This document shows, in pieces, positions 12,344 to 24,984 of a DNA stretch of 64,000 nt. Origin of the DNA: Octopus sinensis. Lineage: Eukaryota. The notes under the pieces are model-generated. The model was not told the origin of the DNA. It searched no databases and saw nothing but the letters and a program-made list of their open reading frames with translations. The position numbers and the translations under genes are program-made. Every line of letters starts with the position of its first letter. The stretch's first letter is position 1. The stretch covers positions 4,898,001-4,962,000 of the forward strand of contig NC_042999.1 in the NCBI RefSeq assembly GCF_006345805.1, in the 5' to 3' direction.

Positions 12344-15300
12344 GAAAATGTAATAGAATTTAGAATGTAAAAATAAATTTAGAATAGAATATTAGAATCA
12401 ACTGTAAGAGAATTCAAAAAATTCTTCTGGACTATTTCACTTGTTTATTTTTAATGGTTTAGCCCAGTGGTTTTCATATGACCCTTGGGGGTCTATATAA
12501 GAGTTTGTTATTTAAAATTTAACTGCAATAAGTTGGTTATAATTCTACAAGACACAAAATATTTTAATATTTTTATACAATCCCTAGTAATATTTAATTA
12601 TAAAAATACAGTAAGATTTCTTAAAATAGGAATCAAAGGGGTCCATAGGTTAAAAAAATGGCTGAGGACCACTGATTTAGCCAGAGAAGAGTAGCACCCA
12701 TGATCCTTTGCAAGACTGATAGGAGAAAGAAAGGAAGTTGTCATTTGAAAGATCTGGCCTGGGCACTGGCACAGAATGGACACAAACAAAGACACCCAAA
12801 AGCCAAGTGGTGGTAGTGCTAAACCAGAAGCTAAAGTCTACCCCGCAAGAACGAGATTAGTCCTTCCAAAGGATTTCATAGTTTACTCTCCGTGCTGGTG
12901 GCACGTAAAAGGCACCATTCGAGCGTGATCGTTACCAACGTCGCCTTACTGGCACCTGTGCCGGTGGCATGTGTAAAAAGATTCGAGCGAGGTCATTGCT
13001 AGTACTGACTGACTGGCCCTGTGCCGGTGGCACATAAAAAGCACCCACTTCACTCTCGGAGTGGTTGGCGTTAGGAAGGGCATCCAGCTGTCGAAACTCT
13101 GCCAGATCAAGATTGGAGCCTGGTGCGGCCATCTGGTTTGCCAGTCCTCGGTCAAAATCGTCCAACCCATGACAGCATGGAAGGCGGACGTTAAACGATG
13201 ATGATGAAAGATTTGGTTGACGTAACTGGCTTTGCATCAGTTACAACAAGTAGAGATTCAGTTGATAGAATCAATGGAACGGCCTAATGGGGAAATTAAT
13301 GTGCAAGTGGCTGAGTACTCCACAGACACACGCATCCTCAATGTAGTTTTCAAGGAGATTCAGTGTGTCACAGACTGTCACGACTGACCCCTTTGAATCA
13401 CAGGTACAACTCATTTTCGTAAGCTGAATGGATTGGAGCAATGTGAAATAAAGTGTCTTGCCTAAGGATACAATGTGGTGCTGGATATTGAACTCATGAC
13501 CTTACGATTGTCACCTGAAAACTTTAACCATGAAGCCACACACTTTCACTTCGTTGACCTGAGGCTGTGGTGGACGACAATTAAACTAAGGTGTTGTGCA
13601 CTGGAATTGAACCTGAGATCACACACTTGCAAAGCACACTTCCTAACCACACAGACCTGCCTGGTGATTACAAAAAGAAAAAAAGAGATTGAATGTAATG
13701 AAATTATTTTGAGTATTCTAAGCGAAGAGTAAGGAATAAAGACATCTGAGGGCTTTAGATGAAGTTCACTGAGGCAGATTCTAAGGCTGGGTGCACTTCC
13801 TGTTGCCAACCCTAACCTGTTTCCAAGCAACATAATATTTCCCCATCAGTTAGTCCATATTACTCCGTCAGGAGCATAGGACTGGTTTCCCAGTTTCTCT
13901 GGCAAATATATTCCTCCTGGTCCACCACAGGATTGCTCATTCCTGCCAGCTGACCGGAGCAACGTAAAACGAAATATTTTGGTCAAGAACACAATGCATG
14001 GTCTGGTCCAGGAATCGAAACCACAATCTTACAATCATGAATCCCACACCCTAACCACGAAGCCATGCACCTCCCCATAGCCAGATATTTTTTCATGGAA
14101 AAACTGTACCAAAATGATGCTCATTTGCAACAGCACACAATGTCAAAACAATGACACAGACATAGACACGTCACAAAACAGACGTTAAAGTGATGATGAC
14201 AATGATGGTGATGTTATATTAGTTTGTTTCCATCAATCCTCCCACACTTTGTAGATTATGTTTGTTGTTTGCTTTGTTGCACAAAATAAAGCAGAGAAAT
14301 ATGGAGAGGGAGAGAGAACTGAGATTTGCAACAGTTTTGCTGAGTAGAAGGTAACCTCACTGGTGCTGGTGCCATCATAAACTGTACCCCATTCACTCTG
14401 CAAAGAGGTCGGTAAACAAGCAGGGGTATCCTAAGGTTGAAAGGACCCTTTATTCTTACTGAGGACATAACAACCTGCCTAGAGCTGGCACCATGATAAA
14501 ATGCACCCAGTACATTCGGTAAAATGATTGAAGTACATCCAACCATAGATACCTTGCCAGTACAAAATACAAGAACAAGGTGCTTTCCTGCAACTATGTC
14601 AAAGAGGGTAGTAATTCTGCAAACTGTGGCAACCCCTCTAACTCCTGACAGCATGGAAAGCAAACAATGATGGCAAAGATGACATTCTAATTTGTCTCCA
14701 ATCAACTCAGTTGGTTCGTTTAGCTTTCATTAGTATTTTCCCTCAATACAAAAACCACTAAGATATCTTTAGCTTAGTCAATGCCAGTAAAACAGACTAA
14801 CATAGAAAAGCAAACCTCCAGGTGTTCAAATGTCATTGCTTTTCATCATCATCATTGTTTAACGTCCGTTTTCCGTGCTAGCACGGGTTGGACGATTCGA
14901 CCAGGGTCCAATCTGATCTGGCAGTGTTTCTACAGCTGGATGCCCTTACTAACACCAATCACTTTGTGAGTGAGGCGGGTGCTTTTTATGTGCCAGGGAA
15001 GGCTGGCAACGGCCACGATCGGTTGGTGCTTTTGTGCCACCGGCACAGAAGCCAGTCAAGGCGGCGCTGGCATCAGTCACGTTTGGAAGGTGCTTTTTAC
15101 GTGCCACTGGCACAGGGATCACGACTACATGTGCCAAATGATGATGGTGATTAATAACAATCTCTGAATAATAGAGATACTAAGGAGTTTATTTATCAGT
15201 GTGAGAATGTGTCTTGGTAAGTATTTCATGAAACAAGAACAGTTGTTAGTCGATGAAGTACATTGGCTATGTGGTTAAGCTACTAGAGCGATGATCACAG

Positions 15301-18104
15301 TCGTGAGCTCAAATCTTACCAGAGCCACTGGGCTGTGCTCCAACATACACCATCACAACAGTAGTACTAGAACGAGGAAATGTCTGTAAAACTGCAAAAA
15401 GAAAGAAACAAAACAAAAAAAAACTCATTTTGACTTATTAAAACAAAAAGAGTTTTTGAGATAAGCACAGCACTGAAGTATAGAATATTTAATTTGGCAC
15501 TTGACATGAAATGTCAAGTGTCCGCAACTGAAGTGTTCAAAATACATTCCACAGTAAACCTTTTTCAAAAGGATAAACCAAACAAACTAAGGAACCAAAT
15601 ATCTTCCTTTAAATGTTGTATTCAAGAAACAACTCAAGGCCCTGAAGATTGAGGCTTCAAGGGGCTGCAAAGAATTTTTAGAAATTGCTTTAATTAAGGA
15701 CGTGAAATATGTAAAACAAGGAGAAGTAAAGAAAATAATCTTCATGGAAACTAGAAAGGAGTGGTTGTGTGAATAAGAAGCTTGCTTCCCAACTACATGG
15801 TTCTAGGTTCAGTTCCACTGTTGGGCACCTTGGGCAAGTGTCTTCTACTATAACACAGGGTTGACAAAAATGCTTTGTGAGTGGATTTGATAGGCAGACA
15901 CAGAAAGAAGCTCATCGTGTGTGTGGTTGGTTCAACAGGATTTGGCAAGCCACAGGGCTGCATTGCCCTTCAATTGCAGCTTTGGCAAAGCTTCTTTGGC
16001 CAAATGCCCTTCCTAATGCCAACCACTTTACAGTGTGTACTGGTGTACTGAGTGCTGTTTTGTGCCTCCAACACTACTTGGCTGTTAATTCAATGAACAG
16101 TCAGGGAGAAGACCCATCTATCAAGTGGAAACCCATTCAAAGTGAAGGAGAAGAAATCCCATGGATCAAAAAATTGAATCACTGTTGTCAAAAATCAACA
16201 AACATCCAGTTAAAAAATGCTTCAAGCATTTGACAATTAGGACAGCCTTTCAACAGAAGGCGAAAACAATTCACTTTTGGAAAGATTGTAAGAAAATAAT
16301 AAACCCCAGCAGGAAACCATTCTTGTGATAATATCTTTTATCTTTTGAGGCAGCACGCTGGCAGAAACGTGAGCACCCTGGGGGAAATGCTTAGCAGTTT
16401 TCATGTCTTTATGTTCTGAGTTCAAATTCCACCAAGGTCAACTTTGCCTTTCATCCTTTCGTGGTCAATAAATTAAATACCAGTTGTGTACTGAGGGTCA
16501 ATCTTATCGACTGACCCCTTCCCCCAAAAAATTTCAGGCCTTGTGCCTAGAGTAGAAAAGAATATCTTTTATCTTTTATTTGTTTCAGTTATTAGACTGT
16601 GGCCATGCTGAAGCACCTCCTTGAAGAAATTTTAGTACTGGGGTCGATTTGTTTGACCCCAGTACTTTTCATCTTAAGCCTGGTACTTATTCCATCGGTT
16701 CTTTTGCTGAACTGCTAAGTTATGGAGACAAACAAATCAACACCAGTTGTCAAGTGATGGTGGGTGACAAACACACACACACATAGATACAACAGGCTTC
16801 TTTCAGTTTCCGTCTATTAAATCAGTCCATCCAGAGCAGGGTTTCAGTCAGGCTGAAGCTATAGTAGATGACATCTGTCCAAAGTACCACACAGTGGGAG
16901 TGAACCTGGAACCGTGTGATTGGAAAGCAAACTTCATACCACACAGCCACGCCTACACCCAGTCTAATATGTATTTCTTTATTGCCCACAAGGGGCTAAA
17001 CATAGAGGGAACAAACAAGGACAAAGGGATTAAGTTGATTACATTGACCCCAGTGCGTAACTGGTACTTATTTAATCGACCCCGAAAGGATGAAAGGCAA
17101 AGTCGACCTCGGCGGAATTTGAACTCTCAACGTAACGGCAGACGAAATACCACTAAGAATTTCGTCCGGCGTGCCAACGTTTCTGCTAGCTCACTGCCTT
17201 AACTACACCCAGTGTAATATAGTAATTAAAATACATTATTTGATTGGCTCTACACAGTTTCCACCTACCGAAGTAGACTCACAAGGGGACCAAAGGTTTC
17301 CTGAAAAAAGTACTCTTCAAAATTTGCACCAAGAATAAGCACAAGGTAAAATTACTACCTGCTTTTATAGCAAGTTGATGCAGGTAGTTTATCCTGTCCT
17401 CCGACTTTTAGTTCATCCAATTGAAATAACTGTTATTTATGGGATGACCCAATATATATGTGTGTGTGTGTGTGCATCTTTGTGTTTGTCCCCTAGCACT
17501 CATTAAGAGCCAGTGTTGGTTTGTTAACATCCCTGTAAGTGGTTTGTCATGAGTCAATGATAGAATAAGTACAAGAGTTAAAGTACTGGGGTTAATTAGT
17601 TCAACTAAAAATACCCTTTAAGGTAGTAACCCTTGCATGGCCACAGTCCAATGACTGAAACAAGTAAAAGATTAAAAGATGTGAATTTCTAGAAGAAGCA
17701 GAGCTTAAACAAAACAAACAAAAAGAAAGAGGAAAGAGTTAGGTTCTATGGTAGATTGCCTAATAAAAAGGAACCAGAAGTGATCATCATCATCATCATC
17801 ATTTAATGTCATTGTTCTATGCTGGAATGGGTTGGGCAGTTTGATAGGAGTTGGTAAGGCTGGAATTGCACCAGGCTCCATTGTCTGTTCTTGCATGGTT
17901 TCTACAGCTGGATGCCCTTCATGGCACCAACACCAACAGGGTCACCAAGCAATTTGCAAGGCAAAACTTCTTGGCTTGGAGGACACGGGAAATCGTATTG
18001 AAGCAGGAGTGGCTTTGTGCCAGTTGAGCGTTTGAAAGATTAAGAGGCACAAGGATAGATGTTCATTAGTTAATAAATAGCAAATTACATACCATCAGGT
18101 GGTT

Positions 18105-18135
<31 letters not shown>

Positions 18136-21100
18136 TTCTTCAGTGTTTTCAGCTGTCACAGCTCTATGCAGAACCTGTACACTTGGTTTGACATCGGGGT
18201 CATCTTGGTTTTGAGATTGATTAACATACGTATACTGACTTCCTACTGCTTCAGCAATTTTGCCAGAAGTCTGTTCAGAAACATAGAGATAATTGTTTTC
18301 TTTAATGCTAATCCCAGTCTCTGCCAGCAGAGTTGAGATTGGGGCCAAAGTGCCATCATCAAATACCATTGTCTTCAAAGGTGCGTGCGGTACACAGCGA
18401 CCTGTACACATCTCTTGGTGATTAGTAAAATCCAACTGTCCTGATTCAATGTACTTCCTGAAGGGAATGAAAGTGAAGACATTTAGAACAACTCTACACC
18501 ACTTTATACATTTGTATTATCATCATCATTATTATGTAACATCTACTTTTCCAAGCCTGAATGGGCCACACAGAATTGGGTACTACTAGTGAACAGTGGT
18601 CCTGGTGCGTGCACACGTGCATCCGCGCTAGCTCTTCATAAGTAGTCGATCCAACAATGACTTTTTAACCCTAACCTTAGTTTGTTTATAAAAATAATTT
18701 ATTTACTTAGTTTTAAAAATTATTTAAGATTGACTACTTACGACTAGCTACTGCGGATGCGCGTGTGCACACACCGGGACCACTGTTCGCTAATAGTACC
18801 CAGAATTTGTTGAGGCAGATTTTCTACAGCCCAAATGCTTTTCCTACAAACACCACATGATGTCAAGACTAGGATACACACACACACAAATACATACACA
18901 CAATATAATAATGTGTAAGATGCTGAGCACTCCACAGACACAGGTACCTATTTCTTTACTACCCACAAGGGGCTAAACACAGAGAGGACAAGCAAGGACA
19001 GACAAACGGATTAAGTCGATTAGATAGACCCCAGTGCATAACTGGTACTTAATTTATCGACCCCGAGAGGATGAAAGGCAAAGTCGACCTCGGCGGAATT
19101 TGAACTCAGAACGTTGCGGCAGACAAAATACCGCTAAGGATTTCGCCCGGCGTGTTAATGATTCTGCCAGCTCGCCACAGACACAGGGACCCTTAATGTA
19201 GTTCTCTGGAAGATTCAGCCTGACATGGAACGAGACAAGGCTGGCCCTTTGAATTACAGCTGCAGCTCATTTTTGCCAGCTGAGTGGACTGGAGCAACGT
19301 GGAGTAAAGTGTCTTGCTCAAGGAAACACTATACTGCCAGGTATCAAACTCACAAGCTTACAATCGTAAGCTGAGCACCCTAACCACTTAGCTATGTGCA
19401 AGAGTAGAGATGGGGGTAGAAGTGAATGTAGTAAGTGAGGACCAGGAGTGGAGGGGCAGCTTGAGACATAAAAATGGTAAAAGTGATGTCTTGACTATTA
19501 AGTGTTGTTTGTATCAGCAAAGTATACAAATCAATAAATTCTATACAAAGAGATTCTTTAATTTCCCAAAACTTTGCTTGTTTATAAACATGAAGCATCA
19601 CTGCATTGATATCATTAAATTTCTTAGAATAGATTAACATGTGGCTGTGTGATAAGAAGCTTGCTTCCCAACCACATGGTTCCGGGTTCAGTTCCACTGC
19701 ATGGCAGCTTGCACAAGTGTCTTCTACTATAGCCTCAGGCAGGCCAAAGCTTTGTGAGTGGATTTGGTAGACAGAAACTGAAAGACCATTGTGTATGTGT
19801 TTGTGTTTATGGTCCTGTAACTTAGTGCTTCAGCAAAAGAGACTGATAGAATAAGTACCAGGCTTTGAAAAAAAAAAGTACTGGAATTGATTCGTTCATT
19901 CGACTAAAAATTCTTCAAGGTGGTGCCTCCATTCCAAATAAGGTAAAAACTGTGATAAAAAACTTTAACCCTTTCGTTACTATATTTCTGACCGAAATAC
20001 ACTCATGAGTTTCAATTAAATTCTAAAATAATCATGAATCTAGGCTTGTTTCATTAAATAACTGTAACTTTTTTACTTATCAACATATTAATGTGATATT
20101 TGGAACATAATTAAAGAAAGGGTTCTTAATCAATTCTATTGCATAACTTTTGTCTCAAAGTGACTTTAATTACAGGTAAATCCACGTAAATTGAGCAAAA
20201 AGGTAAAAATATTAAAATTTTTAATTGAGCAAAAGGTAAAAATATTAAAATTTTGTTTAAACATCACCATAGAAAATGAATCATCAGCTAATATTCAAAT
20301 GGGTATGCAACAAAATTTTGATAAAGAAGAATTGTGCACATCACTATATCATCTGTTGAATTTAGTGCACAACAGGTGTACCATAAAGGTGGAATAAAGT
20401 GAAATACTGGAATCCACCGTAAATTTGACTGAACTAAAGAAATCGGTCAAAAAATAATATACGGCCCTGGTTATGGTATGGAAGTGATAAATTCCAGACC
20501 ACATCGTTCCCTAGGCCATGCTGACTAACATTATTTTCCCTGTATAAAAACTAAATCCACGCAGTACTCAGTATTTGCTTCACAAATTTTCCGAAATCTG
20601 AACCCCCATTTTGTGTTTGTTTACATTCAGCGTAAGTTTGTTTCCGCATTGATCACTTCAAACAATAACGTCCAGACCACATCATACCCTAAGTCATGCT
20701 GACTAACATTAGTTTCCCTGTATAAAAACTAAATCCACAACAGTACCCAGTATTTGTTTCACAAATTTTCCAATTCGGAATCAATGCTTGATAACATGAA
20801 ACTCCTATCCATTTTCAAAGTTGAAGAAAAATCGATGCCGAAAAAAATCTCCCAAAATTCAGGGAATTAAAATTACACGTCGATCGTTGTACAAAACTGT
20901 AGATTAACTGTTTACAAAGCATAATCACATGTTTTCACGAATGTACTAAAGAGATTTGCTCTGATATTCTCATTTAAATATGAATAGGTAAATTCGGGCG
21001 GGTTTGGGCGGTTTGGTAACGAAAAGGTTAATGAAACAGATCAAAGATGAAATACCTGAGTTGGATGCCATTCATTCGAACAGCATTCTTCCAGTCTTTC

Positions 21101-21267
21101 AGCTTTTCTTTCTCGCCCATGACAGAAAACAGTTTCGGAGAGATAAAACGACCTTCATACTCAATACATTCTCGGTGAATGCCAGGACAAATAAATTTCT
21201 CCATATGTAGTTTGCCAACCAAATTTCCACAGGTGACTGTTATCACCCCTGCACTATCTTCAGTCAT
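9984..21267 (-). CDS. GMEB: GMEB-like SAND/KDWK-domain transcription factor, left paralog (5 coding exons: 21267-21056, 18457-18093, 12195-12073, 10957-10835, 10342-9984; 393 aa)
   Basis: Exons are bounded by AG/GT with compatible phases (2,1,1,1) and splice into one open frame. Motifs ITVTCG..KFICPGI..CI..EG..ISPK.F...GEKEKLKDWKNAVRMNGIQLRKYIESGQLDF..H...C...C (SAND plus Zn motif), FWKGI.ELGL and KRKSQ all match the GMEB1/2 family. Upstream exon(s) were not located. Confidence 0.88.
10835..10957 (-). CDS. GMEB: Coding exon 4, left copy
   Basis: ttgcag|AGGTAC...GAAG|gtaaag; VRKVSRVASELGLTSKLKHWLAAHKTDMERQKEKLDKEME. Confidence 0.85.
11059..11286 (+). mobile_element. tRNA-derived SINE, family A (GGCGAGCTGGCAGAAACGTTAGC...GAATTCAAATTCC...AAAGAAATAG)
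   Basis: A/B-box-like head. Further copies at ~16985-17205, ~18950-19180, ~21520-21735, ~28855-29085, ~31800-32035, ~38315-38545, ~39823-40055, ~41795-42025 and ~62595-63005. Confidence 0.85.
12073..12195 (-). CDS. GMEB: Coding exon 3, left copy
   Basis: ttgtag|AAAGT...GAAG|gtaagt; SQLFWKGIIELGLADEIFREIKTTLDNLKHNLIRNQCPLE. Confidence 0.85.
12465..12674. mobile_element. hAT-type MITE (mirror at ~46302-46555)
   Basis: CAGTGGT..TCA / TGAGGACCACTG termini; 8-bp TSD gtttagcc/atttagcc. Confidence 0.7.
12890..13207 (+). mobile_element. RTE 3'-end repeat (GACGTTAAACGATGATGATGA tail)
   Basis: Same tail as the RT-bearing element at 23668. Other copies at ~10495-10690, ~14845-15145, ~48055-48530, 56288-56819 and ~62085-62345. 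Confidence 0.75.
18093..18457 (-). CDS. GMEB: Coding exon 2 (SAND Zn-binding tail plus polyQ), left copy
   Basis: cttcag|GAAGTAC...GATG|gtatgt; KYIESGQLDFTNHQEMCTGRC...QQQQQQQQQQQPPD. Confidence 0.85.
18578..18801. mobile_element. MITE with ~70-bp TIRs starting GGGTAC and an apparent 6-bp TSD AGAATT (mirror at 40197-40420)
   Basis: gggtactactagtgaacagtggtcc... / ...ggaccactgttcgctaatagtaccc; AGAATT on both flanks. Confidence 0.75.
19969..21027. mobile_element. piggyBac-type non-autonomous element, left arm only
   Basis: TTAA|CCCTTTCGTTAC ... GTAACGAAAAGG|TTAA; the right arm has a single TTAA empty site (~39031). 1059+4 nt equals the offset shift. Internal ~100-bp direct repeat with ~178-bp period. 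Confidence 0.9.
21056..21267 (-). CDS. GMEB: SAND-domain exon, left GMEB-like copy
   Basis: ttacag|ATG...CTCAG|gtat; encodes the KDWK motif. Confidence 0.9.
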
Positions 21268-21875
21268 CTGTAAGAGAGAATTGAGTTTTACTAAGATAAC
21301 AAGTAGAAGCTGTTAGATAAATACATTTTCAATAGGCTGCAATGAAGCATTGCTATCAAGTTTTGGTACAGGGCCAGCAATTTGGTGGGACTGGGCAAGT
21401 CAATGACCACCCCTGTACTCATTTTATTGAAAGGAAGAAAGGCAAAGTTGATCGCAAAAGTTTAAAAGGCAAAACCTCAGCAAAATTTAAACTCAGCACA
21501 TAAAGACAAACAAAATACCTATTTCTTTACTACCCACAAGAGGACAAACTAGGACAGACAGACGGATTAAGTTGATTACATCGACCCCAGTGCGTAACTG
21601 GTACTTAATTTATTGACCCCGAAAGGATGAAAGGCAAAGTCAACTTCAGCGGAATTTGAACTCAGAACGTAATGGCAGACGAAATACCGCTAAGTATTTA
21701 GCCAGGTGCGTTAACGTTTCTGCCAGCTCGCTGCTTTAATATACAAAATACCATTATACATTTTGCCTGCTGTGCTAACAATTCTGTCCGTTCGCCATTT
21801 TTGGCTGCAACGAAATATTGAATGCAATTTCAATCAAAAGGATCATCATCATCATCATTTAATGTCTGTCTTCTA

Positions 21876-22330
21876 CAGGGTGTGCCAAAAAAATGTACTC
21901 GCATTTTGACTCTCCATAACTCACTGGATTTTTCATTTCTTTTTGGATCAAATTGATCCTAATAATGGCAGAAGTATGACAAAGATTTGAAGGAGAAAAT
22001 TCATGAAAAAGTGCGACTTGGAAGCATTGAAACATCGTGGAAGTGCTAAGACAATTTGAAGTGATTTTCAGAAAGATCCACCAGTGCAATGCAACACTGC
22101 TCGCATCCAAGATAAGTTTGAATCAGATGGAACTGTGCATGACATCCATAAGGAACATCCAAGAAAGTAAGAGAAAAGGAATTGTCCTAAAGGAAAAAGA
22201 ATTGCTGGAAACCCTTCACTGTTCCCCACAAGTTTTTGTATGACAAATGACTCATGAGAGCGGAATCCCTAAATCAAGCACCCGTCGCATTTTGAAGGGA
22301 GTCCGTTGGAAATGTTACATGTGAACATTA
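21876..22330 (+). mobile_element. Tc1/mariner transposase 5' remnant (mirror at ~37720-38171)
   Basis: TA|CAGGGTGTGCCAAAA terminus; frameshifted HTH-like peptide VEVLRQFEVIF..KFESDGTV.D..SGIPKSSTRRILK. Confidence 0.65.
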
Positions 22331-22789
22331 AACCATGCTCTAAATGAAGTTGATTTATCCTTTTATGCATTTAACCATCAATCTTGTTTCTAAGACAATC
22401 AACAATGCATTTATTGTCATTTAAAGAGTACATTGGGGGAGGGTGGATACCCTGGATATTGGCATGGATTGGATGGCTTGACAGGACCACCCAACTAGCC
22501 AGAGGACTGTGCTGTGTTCCAGTGTATGCTTCGGCATGATTTCTACAGCTGGATACCCTTCCACAACAAACAACCCATTAAATTCAGTTTCAAATTTTGA
22601 CACAAGGGAGGGTCAGGTCGATCACATCAACCTCCCCAGTGCATAACTGCTATTTCTTTTTTCAACCAACTTCAACTTAGAATATAAAGACGAATGAAAT
22701 GGTGCTAAGCATTTTGACCAGTGAGCTAATAATTCTGCCAGCTTGCTGTCTGAAACAACTCATTAACTTCAACCAATGAAGCTAATGAG

Positions 22790-23320
22790 TTCCCTAGTGA
22801 GAACAAGTCTCCTTTACGGCAGCGAGTCATGGCCGATGAGGGTGGAAGATATTAAGTAACTAGAATCCTTCGATCACCTCTGTCTACGCCGCATCTTTCA
22901 TGTCCGATGGCATCACTTTGTCTCCAACAATTCGGTGCGACAACAGTGCAAAATCACCTCCCTCCAACAAGTCATTCTAACGAGACGTCTGCGTTGGCTG
23001 GGTCATGCCCTCCATCATCAACCAGGAGAATTCATCTACGAAGCAATTGCCCCAGCTCCCCTTCAGGGTTGGCGAAAGCGGTTGTGGTGGACAACGCAAA
23101 ACCTGGCTGATGATAGTCAAGGCTGATCTGGAACCCAACCTAGACCCCATATCTACGGCATTCACCGCTGGAATAAGGAGTGGTTGGAGATCATATGGTC
23201 GTTAGCCCCAAATCGCTAGGTCTGGTCAGCGTTTGTGAGAGATGCAGCATTGAGGATAAATGAAGCCAGCTCATCACACCCCGGGTGAATGCAGTCTCAA
23301 GACAAGAAAAGACAATCGTG
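22790..23320 (+). mobile_element. RTE-like LINE 3' remnant (mirror at ~36760-37260)
   Basis: RRLRWLGH and GGQRKTWL..VKADLEP motifs in shifted frames. Confidence 0.7.
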
Positions 23321-23667
23321 ATGATGGCTTAACTGTCTTCATAGGGGTTATCCTAAGACATTAGTCCATGCTCTAAATGAAGACAATTTATTCTTTTATG
23401 CATTTAACTATCAAGCTTGTTTCTAAGACAATACTGAGATATTTAACCTTTGAGTTACCACATTTCTGTTGAAATACATTATTTCACTTTACACATTAAC
23501 TTTCTTTTAAATAACAAAGAATTTAATGAATTAACTTTGTCATTTTTAAGTTGTTGTTTCCAACATAAATTAACATGAAATTTAAATGGAAAGTTTTAAC
23601 TTAGATGATTTTAAAATGGGAAGTCTGTACCATAAAGCCAGGGGCAATGTCAGATGGTTTGGTATCA

Positions 23668-24984
23668 TCATCATCGTTTAACATCCGTTTTCCACGCTAG
23701 CACGGGTTGGACGGTTCGACCGGGGTCTGGGAAGCCAGTGACTGCACGGAAGCCAGTCACGGCGGCGCTGGCATCGGCCACGTTTGGATGGTGCTTTTTA
23801 TGTGCCACCGACACAGAAGCCAGTCAAGGCAGCGCTGGCATCAGCCATGTTTGGATGGTGCTTTTTACATGCCACCGGCACAGGTATCACAACTACTATT
23901 TCCATTGATATTTATTTCGATGTTCATGTACTTGACTCAATAGGTCTCAAGCACAGCGGGATGTTCTGGAATCCAAGGTACTTTGAATGGGCAGGGGCTA
24001 TGTGGAACTGGTGCAGGAAGCAGCCCAGGTCTTTGCAGTCACAGCATATCTTCAGAGATCTCAGTCCTTCGCCATTGCCTCTATGAGGCCCAACGCTCTG
24101 AGGTCATGCTTGACTACCTCATCCCATGTCTTCCTGGGTCTACCTCTCCCCCTGATACCTTTAACTGTTTGGGAGCGGCACTTCTTCACACAACTTTCCT
24201 CGTCCATCCACAGTACATGACCATACCATTGCAAGCGTCGCTCTTGCACACCACATCTGATGCTCCTTATGTCCAGCATTTCTCTCACGGTGCTTACCCT
24301 CTGTCGTGTGCGCACACTGGCATTACACATCCAGCAGATCATGCTAACTTCATTTCTTTCAAGTCTACGCATGTCCTCTGCAGTCACGGCCCATGTTTCA
24401 CTACCGTGAAGCATGGCAGTTCGCACACATGCATCATACAATCTACCTTTCACTCTGAGTGAGAGACCCTTTGTCGCCAGTAGGGGTAGGAGCTTTCTAA
24501 ACTTAGCCCAGGCTATTCGTATTCTAGTGGTGACACTCTCTGAGCATCCACCTCCACTACTAACTTGGTCACCCAGGTAGCGGAAACTATCAAATACTTC
24601 TAGTTTCTTCCCCTGGAGTGTGATGGAATCTGTTTTCTGAGTATCTGTGGTGTCTATTGTCCCTGTGCATTGGCCGCACATGAAAGCTATCTTATCAGTT
24701 AATTTCCCTTTGATGTTGCTGCACCTCTTATGCGTCCATAGCTTACACTGGGTACATCTTATGGAGTTTCTACCTACACCTTTCCTACAGATCGAGCAGG
24801 GCCACCTGCCCGAGGGTGTGTGTGCTGAGTTCGCCATTCTGCTTAATATAACTTTGGTCTTTGCTACATTACTCTAAGGCCCTTTGATTCTAACCCTTGC
24901 TTCCACACCCGAAATTTCTTTTCTAGTTCTGGTAGTGATTCTGCTATGAGATCAGGTCATCAGCATAGAGGAGCTGCCAGGGGC
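23668..24984 (-). mobile_element. 5'-truncated RTE-clade LINE, left arm only (ORF 24061-24837)
   Basis: RT C-terminal motifs (FRYLGD, RIRIAWAKF, LHGSETW, RRLQWYGHV, RGRPRKTW) preceded by a Cys/His finger; (GAT)n tail at 23668; empty site in the right arm near 36400. Confidence 0.9.

Noticed and set aside
14256-14705. 149-aa ORF conserved in both arms (also 15877-16233)
   Set aside because: No recognisable domain or splice context; conservation is explained by arm identity. 14256-14705 lies within intron 2, and 15877-16233 is antisense to it and partly SINE-derived.
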